Assembly (NCBI RefSeq): GCF_052119505.1
Contig: NZ_JBJMAU010000002.1
Location: forward strand, 123,759-147,758
Source: Anaerobacillus sp. MEB173
GTDB taxonomy: Bacteria; Bacillota; Bacilli; Bacillales; JBJMAU01
Length of the DNA stretch: 24,000 nucleotides
Reading direction: 5' to 3'
In this document: positions 17,113 to 24,000 of the stretch, one piece after another
How positions within the stretch are numbered: the first letter of the stretch is position 1
Layout: the number at the start of each line of letters is the position of its first letter
The notes under the pieces: generated by a model
The model's database searches: none
What the model saw: only the letters and a program-made list of their open reading frames with translations
Told to the model about the DNA's origin: nothing
Translations under genes and position numbers: made by a program

Positions 17113-18183
17113 CTAGTCTCCTACAATTAATAATTCCTTTGATGAATGAGTAAGAGATTCATTTCCTGATTCGGTGATAAGAGTATCATCTTCAATTCGT
17201 GTACCGCCAATTCCAGAAATATAAATTCCCGGTTCTACCGTTACAACCATTCCTGGCTCCAAGACCGTATCCGATTTCATTGATAACGCCGGGCCTTCAT
17301 GTACTTCTAAACCAATCCCATGACCAGTAGAGTGACCAAAATATTGTCCATATCCTTTTTCCGTTATAAAATCACGAGTAAGCGCATCTGCTTGTCTACC
17401 TGTTAACCCTGGTTTAATTGAATTCATTCCAATGGCTTGCGCTTCTTGAACAGTTTCGTATATTTTTCTTAATTCCTCATTAGGTTCGCCAACTGCGATT
17501 GTTCGTGTAATATCGGAACAATACCCTTTGTAATAAGCACCAAAATCAAGGGTAACAAGTTCGCCTTTATTAATCACCTTATTACTAGCGACACCATGTG
17601 GGAGCGCAGAACGAATTCCTGACGCAACAATAATATCAAAAGACGATGAGATTGCCCCTTTTTTTCTCATAAAAAATTCAAGTTCATTCGCCACATCAAT
17701 CTCTTTTAAACCGGCTCTTATGTATGACGTTATATGAGTAAATGCAGCATCAGCAATCTGTGCAGCTTCTTTTAGTATCTTAATCTCTGATGCATCTTTT
17801 ATCAAGCGTAATTTTTCAATTAACCCACTAATCGGAATCAATTCAACATCAAATTTTTTAGTAAACGTAGCATACTGGCTATATGTAAGATGATCTTGCT
17901 CAAATCCTAACTTTTTTATTCCCATATTCTTTATTTGCTTGGCTATTTCCTCATCAATTGGGCCGGTATGCTGTACAATTTCATAGGCTTTCGCTTGTTC
18001 ATTCGCTTGCTCAATATACCGAAAGTCAGTGATGAATTTTGCTTCTGTTCCTGATAATAAAGCTACCCCAGCTGTTCCTGTAAATTGAGTCATATATTTA
18101 CGGTTACTCGGACTTGTAATCAGCATCCCGTCAATCTCGTAATGCTTCATTTGCTCTCTCATTTTTTCAAGGCGTTCCATCAT
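17113..18183 (-). CDS. papA: Xaa-Pro aminopeptidase/dipeptidase, M24B family
   Basis: Metal-ligand motifs of the M24 pita-bread fold are present (DFGAYYKGYCSDITRT, HSTGHGIGLEVHE, VEPGIY, RIEDD). Upstream of efp as B. subtilis yqhT/papA. The track starts at TTG 18195. The tandem ATGs at 18183/18180 follow SD GAGGAGG and are more likely, so the start is uncertain by a few codons. Confidence 0.85.
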   Translation of the reverse strand: MMERLEKMREQMKHYEIDGMLITSPSNRKYMTQFTGTAGVALLSGTEAKFITDFRYIEQANEQAKAYEIVQHTGPIDEEIAKQIKNMGIKKLGFEQDHLTYSQYATFTKKFDVELIPISGLIEKLRLIKDASEIKILKEAAQIADAAFTHITSYIRAGLKEIDVANELEFFMRKKGAISSSFDIIVASGIRSALPHGVASNKVINKGELVTLDFGAYYKGYCSDITRTIAVGEPNEELRKIYETVQEAQAIGMNSIKPGLTGRQADALTRDFITEKGYGQYFGHSTGHGIGLEVHEGPALSMKSDTVLEPGMVVTVEPGIYISGIGGTRIEDDTLITESGNESLTHSSKELLIVGD

Positions 18184-18294
18184 CGTCCTCCTCAAATCAA
18201 ATTACAGGCACTATACTAAAAAAATTAAGCACACTCCTATATTCTTTTGCATAAAATAATTGCACAATAACGAAATAATTGTTAGTAACATATA

Positions 18295-18337
18295 CTGGGA
18301 AAAAGAAATGATAGAAGGTCACTTGACATTCTATCAT
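18295..18337 (-). terminator. Probable terminator after yqhR
   Basis: Minus strand has a 9-bp stem AUGAUAGAA / UUCUAUCAU (18337..18329 and 18316..18308) with a 12-nt loop, followed by UUCUUUUUCCC. Confidence 0.5.
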
Positions 18338-18362
18338 AGCTAAAACACTTTGAATAGTTTGT

Positions 18363-18851
18363 TTACGTATTTTCGTTCATTTCTTTGTAATCGTAAGAAA
18401 TTGAATAACCAATAAATACACCGTAAAGTACAAATAAACAAACCCCGGTTATAATTGTATTTGTACCTAATTGTGGAACAGATTTTAATCCTGGGAAAAT
18501 TGGGTTAAGTAAATAAAAAACAACGAGCCATAATACAAATCCATAAAATGCTCCTGACCATATACTAAATACCTTTGCTAATAACATCCGATAAATAAAA
18601 GCAACGAGAATGGACAATAAACCAATGACCAGAATACCGACTAGATGGCCAATATATGTGTGCTTCCATTCCCCCAAAGCCCAAGGCATGAGTACTAATG
18701 CAGGCCCGATAGTCATAAAATTAAAAAAGAAGGCGACATAACCCATTAAACTCCAAAATAAACCGCCAAAAAAGCCAATACTTGCAATTCTCGCATTAAA
18801 TGACATTGGTTCATCCGTCTTATTTTGTTCCAATTTTTTTTCATTCTCCAT
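18363..18851 (-). CDS. yqhR: YqhR-family integral membrane protein
   Basis: Four to five TM segments in the conserved slot next to papA. Start reassigned to the ATG at 18851 (MENEKKLEQ...), which has an ideal SD GGAGGTG at 6-nt spacing. The track's upstream extension has none. Confidence 0.7.
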   Translation of the reverse strand: MENEKKLEQNKTDEPMSFNARIASIGFFGGLFWSLMGYVAFFFNFMTIGPALVLMPWALGEWKHTYIGHLVGILVIGLLSILVAFIYRMLLAKVFSIWSGAFYGFVLWLVVFYLLNPIFPGLKSVPQLGTNTIITGVCLFVLYGVFIGYSISYDYKEMNENT

Positions 18852-19216
18852 GATGTTCACCTCCACTTTAAGTATGTCCACTTCATATTTTTTCTATAGC
18901 AATAATATAGAAACTTTGAAATACATGTGTAAATTATAAAAAATTAGTGAATAATTATAGTGCAAAGGACATTAATGTAGAGGAAAACGAACTTATCATG
19001 TAGAATATAACTATAAAGACAATTAGATTATTTCTAATTTGTTTCATTTAACTATCTTAACTAAACAACAACTTTTGGTGGGCAAGCCATTATGAAATCA
19101 CATAGTACATCTCAGCAGCAATGCTGTGATGTAGGGTATGACTACCATTATAACCACTGATAAATTTGAGTTTTCTGAAGATTCATGTAATTTAAATTCT
19201 ATAGGAGGTGAGTATT

Positions 19217-19594
19217 ATGTCGCGTCAATCTTACCATCCGCTTGTGCTAATACTTATTGGGTTAGCTGGATTGGGCTTGTTCTACCGTCTCTTTAGTGAT
19301 CCGGTTGGTTTTTTAAGTCAAATACTCATTGTAGCTGCTATTGTCGGGGCGATCATTTTTATCTACAAACGGTTTCTAGCCAAAAAATTTGCGGCGCCAC
19401 ATGCGCACCGCCGTCCTAAACCAAAAACAGCAAGCCGCTCTGAACGTTTTAAAAGCAATGTTATCCCGCACAAAAGAAAAAGTACAAACAACTTCAAAAC
19501 CTCTACTATTAAAAAACGGAAAGCAGCTCATAATTTTACAGTAATTGAGGGCAAAAAAAATAAAACAAAGAAAAAGAATCGAGCACTCTTTTAA
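19217..19594 (+). CDS. Small membrane-anchored protein with a Lys/Arg-rich tail (YqhP-like)
   Basis: This is the only credible plus-strand gene. SD GGAGGTG lies 6 nt before the ATG at 19217, and the track's GTG at 19208 sits inside that SD. It has two N-terminal TM segments followed by a basic low-complexity tail. Position and orientation resemble B. subtilis yqhP beside yqhO. Confidence 0.6.
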   Translation: MSRQSYHPLVLILIGLAGLGLFYRLFSDPVGFLSQILIVAAIVGAIIFIYKRFLAKKFAAPHAHRRPKPKTASRSERFKSNVIPHKRKSTNNFKTSTIKKRKAAHNFTVIEGKKNKTKKKNRALF

Positions 19595-19610
19595 GTGCTC
19601 TATTTCTTTG
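19581..19610 (+). terminator. Short terminator hairpin between convergent genes
   Basis: GAGCACT (19581-19587) pairs with AGTGCTC (19594-19600) over a 6-nt loop, then UAUUUCUUUG. It overlaps the stop codon of the plus-strand gene. Confidence 0.4.
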
Positions 19611-19617
19611 CGTTCAT

Positions 19618-20547
19618 TTATTTAATCCTTCTCAAAGGCGTATTATGATTAAAAAAGTAATTCTCGGTCCTTTGTCGTCCTAATTCAATTAATTCCTCCA
19701 CTTTCTTTTTTGCCAGCGTAAACTCTGTTAATTTAATTTTCTCAACAGGTATAAAAACAATATTCTCAGCAATATCTTTTGAAATGTAGCGATTATCCCT
19801 CGCTTTAAGCATCGTCTCCAGCAACGAACCAACCATCTCGAAAGCATTATCAATTTTATTAGGAATCGCTTCCTCAAGTGAATCACTTAACTTGAATCCT
19901 AATACTGGCCTTTTACTTTTTCCTTTTTTATTTGTAAATAACCACATCGGAAAATTACTTATTACTCCGCCATCAACAATAATACACTGTTGACCTTTTC
20001 CATCATATAATTTCACAGGTTCAAAAAAATATGGAAGACTGCAACTCATTCGTACCGCTTTCGCTACTGAAAATTTATCAGGAATAATACCGTATTTCTC
20101 TAAGTCATCCGGCAAAACAATAAGTTGACCTTTCGTTAAATCTGAAGCAATAATTTTTAAGGAACCTTTTGGCAAATCAGCAAATGTCGTTACACCTTTT
20201 GCTTTGAGCTTTTCTCTTAACCAGCTTTCAAGCTCATCTCCTTTATACAATCCCAGTCTCTTATACACTCGCAGCCATTTAATAAAAGGAAAAGGAAGGA
20301 TTGAATGTTTTGGATCTAGAAACTGCTGTAAATTTGTTTCCGATAAAACTGACGTTAGCTCTTTACTCGTATAACCCGCCTTAATAAGTGAAGCGATTAT
20401 TGCTCCTGCACTCGTCCCTGCTACCCTTTGAAAGGTATATCCCTTATCTTCTAATACTTTTAATGCACCTACAAAAGCAATTGCTTTGACTCCACCACCA
20501 GCAAACACGCCATCAATTTCCATATCTAACCCGCACCCCCTCAACAT
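19618..20547 (-). CDS. yqhO: Patatin-like phospholipase
   Basis: Oxyanion-hole FAGGGVKA, nucleophile elbow GTSAG (GxSxG), and catalytic Asp in IVDGGVISNFP. Adjacent to mntR as in B. subtilis. The ATG at 20523 (MEIDGVFAGGG...) is an alternative start. Confidence 0.85.
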   Translation of the reverse strand: MLRGCGLDMEIDGVFAGGGVKAIAFVGALKVLEDKGYTFQRVAGTSAGAIIASLIKAGYTSKELTSVLSETNLQQFLDPKHSILPFPFIKWLRVYKRLGLYKGDELESWLREKLKAKGVTTFADLPKGSLKIIASDLTKGQLIVLPDDLEKYGIIPDKFSVAKAVRMSCSLPYFFEPVKLYDGKGQQCIIVDGGVISNFPMWLFTNKKGKSKRPVLGFKLSDSLEEAIPNKIDNAFEMVGSLLETMLKARDNRYISKDIAENIVFIPVEKIKLTEFTLAKKKVEELIELGRQRTENYFFNHNTPLRRIK

Positions 20548-20629
20548 ACAGATTATGCTTACCTGGTAAAGGACGATACAATGACGCCAAAACTTCGGTT
20601 AATAAAAAAAGCAACCATAACTTTATTTG

Positions 20630-21058
20630 TTATGATTGCTCTAGCTCATTCTTCTTTTGTGTTTGTCTAAGTAATTCGACTCGTTTTTCATCTTCTTGGA
20701 AGAACTGTACTAAATCACCAATGCGATCAATAGCATCCCAGCTTAAATGATGCTCAATTCCTTCTACATCTTGATATATATTTTCATGGTTTACACCGAT
20801 AATCTTCATGAAATCCTCAAGAAGTTCATGTCGATAAACAAGCCTTTTTCCGATCTTCTTTCCTTTCGGTGTTAACACTAATCCGCGATACTTTTCGTAA
20901 ATTAAATACTGACTTTTATCAAGCTTTTGTACCATCTTTGTTACAGAGGATGGATGAACTTCCAAAGCTTCTGCAATATCCGAGACCCTTGCATAACCCT
21001 TCTCATCAATTAATAAATAAATCCGTTCTAGGTAATCTTCCATACTTGGTGTTGGCAT
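20630..21058 (-). CDS. mntR: Manganese transport transcriptional regulator (DtxR family)
   Basis: [81 protein letters not shown] is almost colinear with B. subtilis MntR (MTTPSMEDYIEQIY...). I trimmed the start from the track's TTG (21073) to the ATG at 21058. Confidence 0.9.
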   Translation of the reverse strand: MPTPSMEDYLERIYLLIDEKGYARVSDIAEALEVHPSSVTKMVQKLDKSQYLIYEKYRGLVLTPKGKKIGKRLVYRHELLEDFMKIIGVNHENIYQDVEGIEHHLSWDAIDRIGDLVQFFQEDEKRVELLRQTQKKNELEQS

Positions 21059-21096
21059 GGTGTTCCCCCCCAATTTCCCTCTGCCTTTTTACAGTC

Positions 21097-21125
21097 ATCG
21101 CTAAAATGATACTATAATCGTCCAG
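21097..21125 (-). promoter_or_regulatory. Candidate sigma-A promoter for mntR
   Basis: Minus strand reads TTGTCA (21125..21120), a 17-nt spacer, then TATCAT (21102..21097). It lies about 40 nt upstream of the mntR ATG. Confidence 0.4.
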
Positions 21126-21145
21126 TTCTGACAAGGACTCATTGT

Positions 21146-22180
21146 CTATGTGAAGTACTCAATTTTCGATTGCGGGAAGTAATGTTTAATATAACCCTCC
21201 ACTTTCTCTCTTAACTCATCCGCCTCTTCATTTTGATATACATATTTTCCTCGCCCATACTTTCCCCATTTATATTTCCGTTTACTTTCATCCATTTCTA
21301 GTTTCGTCTTCGGATAGCGTTTCTCTATAATCTTTTTTGCTGTTTTTGTAAACCGGTGTTGAATGAGTTCAAACGTTAAATCTTTTATCGCATAACTTGG
21401 TAATGTAGCTTCCAACCGTTCAAAAAGTTCCAAATACCCTTGTTCCCATTCGGAATGGCGGTATAATGGAGCAAGAATGAAGCCTAAAGGATAATTCGCT
21501 TTTGCTACTTTACCAGCGGCCTCTATTCGTTTTTCAAAAGGAGATGTACCAGGTTCAAAATTTTTGATAACATAATTGGAATTCAAACTAAAACGAAATC
21601 TCGTATTACCATTATGCTTTGCATCCAATAAATGATCCACATAATGATATTTTGTTACAAATCGGAGCCTGCCCAGTGTTGTTTCCCCTATAAATTCGAT
21701 TGCTTTTTTAAGGGAATGAGTTAAATGATCTAGTCCTACGATATCTGAGGTACAGGCTGCTTCAAAACGAGTGATTTCAGGCTCCCTTTCCCTGATATAT
21801 TTTTCGGCTTGCTCAAAGATCTCCTCTATATTTACATATGTTCGAATATAAGGTTTATCCCCCATCGTTGTTTGTAAATAACAATAATGACAATGACCCA
21901 TACACCCTGTAGCAAGCGGTATTGCATATTCTGCAGATGGCTTTGATGTATCAAATTTTAATGTTTTGCGAACACCAACAACAAGAGTTGATTTTGCATT
22001 GCGGTACTTTTGATTTTCTGTATCTCCTGGTATATTACGCACCTGGTTATGAGATGTTGTTTCCCTTATCTCGATTCCCATCTTTTCAAACTTATCTTTA
22101 AGTTCTTTACCTAACGGGTACTCTATCGCTCTCGGCTCAATATAAACAAGCTGTGGAATAAATGGCTCCATTCTTTTCAC
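21146..22180 (-). CDS. splB: Spore photoproduct lyase (radical SAM)
   Basis: 344 aa. Radical-SAM cluster motif CMGHCHYCY (CxxxCxxC). Length and N-terminus (FIPQLVYIEPRAIEYPLG) are typical of SplB. SD GAGGTG precedes the ATG. Confidence 0.9.
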   Translation of the reverse strand: MKRMEPFIPQLVYIEPRAIEYPLGKELKDKFEKMGIEIRETTSHNQVRNIPGDTENQKYRNAKSTLVVGVRKTLKFDTSKPSAEYAIPLATGCMGHCHYCYLQTTMGDKPYIRTYVNIEEIFEQAEKYIREREPEITRFEAACTSDIVGLDHLTHSLKKAIEFIGETTLGRLRFVTKYHYVDHLLDAKHNGNTRFRFSLNSNYVIKNFEPGTSPFEKRIEAAGKVAKANYPLGFILAPLYRHSEWEQGYLELFERLEATLPSYAIKDLTFELIQHRFTKTAKKIIEKRYPKTKLEMDESKRKYKWGKYGRGKYVYQNEEADELREKVEGYIKHYFPQSKIEYFT

Positions 22181-22267
22181 CTCAAAATGTAAACTTACTC
22201 TCCTTTAGATTGTGTAAATTTTATGACTTACGATGATGTAGTTGTTGGAAGCCGTGCCATTGTAGTT

Positions 22268-22309
22268 AATATAAAAATGGATAGAGTCTTTTGCCGACTC
22301 TATCCATTT
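22268..22309 (-). terminator. Rho-independent terminator after nrdJ
   Basis: Perfect 14-bp stem (22296-22309 with 22275-22288) and 7-nt loop, followed on the minus strand by UUAUAUU. It starts 14 nt after the nrdJ stop. Confidence 0.7.
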
Positions 22310-22322
22310 ACTGATTATATAA

Positions 22323-24000
22323 TTATAAACCACACTTTAATTGTGCATTACAGTTTGTACATGTGTTACAGCCACCGATGTCTTCAACAGTTCCTTTACG
22401 ACAAACCGGGCATGTATTTCCTACTTCTGAACCGATTGTTACGGACGTAGAGCGAAGATCAGCAATTGTATCAACGAGAACAACATGACTTTTCTTCTTT
22501 CCATCTTTTTCTTCAGATGTTAAATCAACAGCATAATCCTCAAAGGTATTTTCTTCAGCAGTCAATGTTAATACTTGAGCATCACGACTTCCATCAACAT
22601 ATACTGTACCACCTTTTGCTCCACCTCGGTACAGACGTTCATAAACCTTTTCAACCTGCTCAACCGTATACCCTTTCGGAGCATTAACTGTTTTTGATAA
22701 TGAGCTGTCTACCCAACGTTGAATAATACATTGAACATCCGCATGCTCTTCAGGTGATAATTCCATCGTTGAAACAAACCATTCTGGTAAGTTTTCTGGA
22801 TCGGCATCTGGATTAACATCAAGATATTCTTTAACGATTTCGGCTTTCACCTCGATAAACTTCCCTAATCGACCACTACGGTAATAAGAGAAAGAGAAGT
22901 AAGGTTCAAGTCCTGTACTCACACCAACCATTGTTCCAGTCGAACCTGTAGGAGCAACGGTTAATAAGTGCGAATTACGAATACCATAGTCTAACACTGC
23001 TTCACGAATATCTTCTGGCATCTTTTTCATATAGCCAGTATTAATAAACGCTTCTCGTAAGTTTCTCGTTTTTTCTTCCTGTTCCCCAACTAAATAAGGG
23101 AAGCTGCCTTTTTCTTTTGCTAATTCAACACTTGTACGATATGCAGTTGTTGCAATCGTTTCAAAGATCTTATCTACAAGTTCGTTTCCTTCTTCTGAGC
23201 CGTATCTTGTCTCACAATAGATAAGCAAATCATGAAGCCCCATTACACCTAGACCAACACGGCGTTCACTTTTTGCTTGCTTTGTGTTCTCTTCCAAGAA
23301 ATATGGTGTAGCATCAATAACGTTATCCTGCATCCGTACACCAGTTGCTACAGTCTGCTTTAACTTTTCAAAATCAACGGTTTTCGTTTCCTTATCCGCC
23401 ATATTTGCTAAGTTTACTGCGGCAAGGTTACAAACCGAAAATGGCGCCAGAGGTTGTTCTCCACACGGGTTTGTTGCAACTACCTTTTGTCCATAGCTTG
23501 TAGCATTTGTCATTTCGTTAGCATTATCAATGAAGAAAATACCTGGTTCTGCAGAATATGTTGCACAAATATTAATTAAATTCCAAAGCTCTTTTGCTTT
23601 AATTTTACGGTACATTCGAACACGATGGCCCATTTTTTCCCATTCACGTACATCTCCACATTCATGCCATTCACGGTTATAAATTTCCATCTCTTCAGGT
23701 GAATAGTTTTCAACATCTGGGAAGCGCAGTTCATAATCTGTGTCTTCTTCAACTGCTTTCATAAATTCATTCGTTATACAAACAGAGATATTTGCACCTG
23801 TTAAAAATTCTGAGTTATTGACACTGTAAGTTCCACCTGTGTTCAACTTCTCCTCAGCTTCTCTAATTACTTTATCATCAAAGCCGCCTTGTCCTTGGAT
23901 ATGCTTAAAATTAACAATCCCTTGATACAACGCAACCTCTAATTCAGATAGCGGTTTAAACTTCAATTTGTCTTTTACTAATTGTTTGATTTGATCATCT
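22323..24000 (-). CDS. nrdJ: Adenosylcobalamin-dependent (class II) ribonucleotide reductase, C-terminal about 559 codons (N-terminus beyond the window end)
   Basis: Active-site NPCGEQPL and TVAPTGSTG motifs. C-terminal four-Cys tail CPVCRKGTVEDIGGCNTCTNC. The track's TTG start at 23966 is internal. My hand translation of 23967-23999 (DDQIKQLVKDK) shows the frame stays open to the window edge. Confidence 0.85.
   Translation of the reverse strand, partial: DDQIKQLVKDKLKFKPLSELEVALYQGIVNFKHIQGQGGFDDKVIREAEEKLNTGGTYSVNNSEFLTGANISVCITNEFMKAVEEDTDYELRFPDVENYSPEEMEIYNREWHECGDVREWEKMGHRVRMYRKIKAKELWNLINICATYSAEPGIFFIDNANEMTNATSYGQKVVATNPCGEQPLAPFSVCNLAAVNLANMADKETKTVDFEKLKQTVATGVRMQDNVIDATPYFLEENTKQAKSERRVGLGVMGLHDLLIYCETRYGSEEGNELVDKIFETIATTAYRTSVELAKEKGSFPYLVGEQEEKTRNLREAFINTGYMKKMPEDIREAVLDYGIRNSHLLTVAPTGSTGTMVGVSTGLEPYFSFSYYRSGRLGKFIEVKAEIVKEYLDVNPDADPENLPEWFVSTMELSPEEHADVQCIIQRWVDSSLSKTVNAPKGYTVEQVEKVYERLYRGGAKGGTVYVDGSRDAQVLTLTAEENTFEDYAVDLTSEEKDGKKKSHVVLVDTIADLRSTSVTIGSEVGNTCPVCRKGTVEDIGGCNTCTNCNAQLKCGL

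Noticed and set aside
18892-18912. 7-bp inverted repeat TTCTATA-N7-TATAGAA about 45 nt upstream of yqhR
   Set aside because: It could be an operator, but a short AT-rich palindrome like this is expected by chance in an AT-rich intergenic region, and I recognise no matching regulator consensus.
19092-19160. 22-codon plus-strand ORF (MKSHSTSQQQCCDVGYDYHYNH) with a weak SD-like GGTGGG 9 nt upstream and an internal hairpin (CATCTCAGC...GCTGTGATG), in the 326-bp yqhR / yqhP-like divergent spacer
   Set aside because: It is too short, and I have no comparative support. It could be a small spore or leader peptide or a piece of a 5' UTR structure, but nothing in the sequence alone distinguishes it from chance. 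It is worth a look only if ribosome profiling or conservation data exist.

Overview
This window is almost entirely minus-strand. Its gene order matches the Bacillus subtilis yqh-yqi region: nrdJ (5' end off-window) - splB - mntR - yqhO - (yqhP-like, + strand) - yqhR - papA - efp - unknown - yqhV - spoIIIAA..AH - unknown - accB - accC - yqhY(asp23) - nusB - folD - xseA - xseB - ispA - [about 550-nt structured RNA] - 4-TM membrane gene - dxs (3' end off-window). The host is therefore an endospore-forming Bacillaceae. The main non-housekeeping feature is the 712-nt gap between ispA and the small membrane gene upstream of dxs. It has no credible ORF and is much more G+C-rich than its surroundings. 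It is full of local helices, is closed by an 8-bp 5'/3' helix, and has its own extended -10 promoter. This matches the published OLE (ornate, large, extremophilic) RNA / oapA locus. That ribonucleoprotein system is already described, but its mechanism is still poorly understood. A second observation I cannot assign to a known family is two copies of a roughly 115-125-bp palindromic element. Each has arms made of four tandem TTTAGAR heptamers. One copy lies between nusB and folD, the other between spoIIIAE and spoIIIAF. Two small proteins without B. subtilis counterparts at these positions are also noted: a 143-aa internally duplicated Cys-containing protein and a 119-aa acidic protein. The ORF track misses both edge-truncated genes (dxs, nrdJ). 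It also over-extends several N-termini, which I re-called from SD spacing and homolog N-termini. All plus-strand ORFs except 19217..19594 look like antisense shadows.
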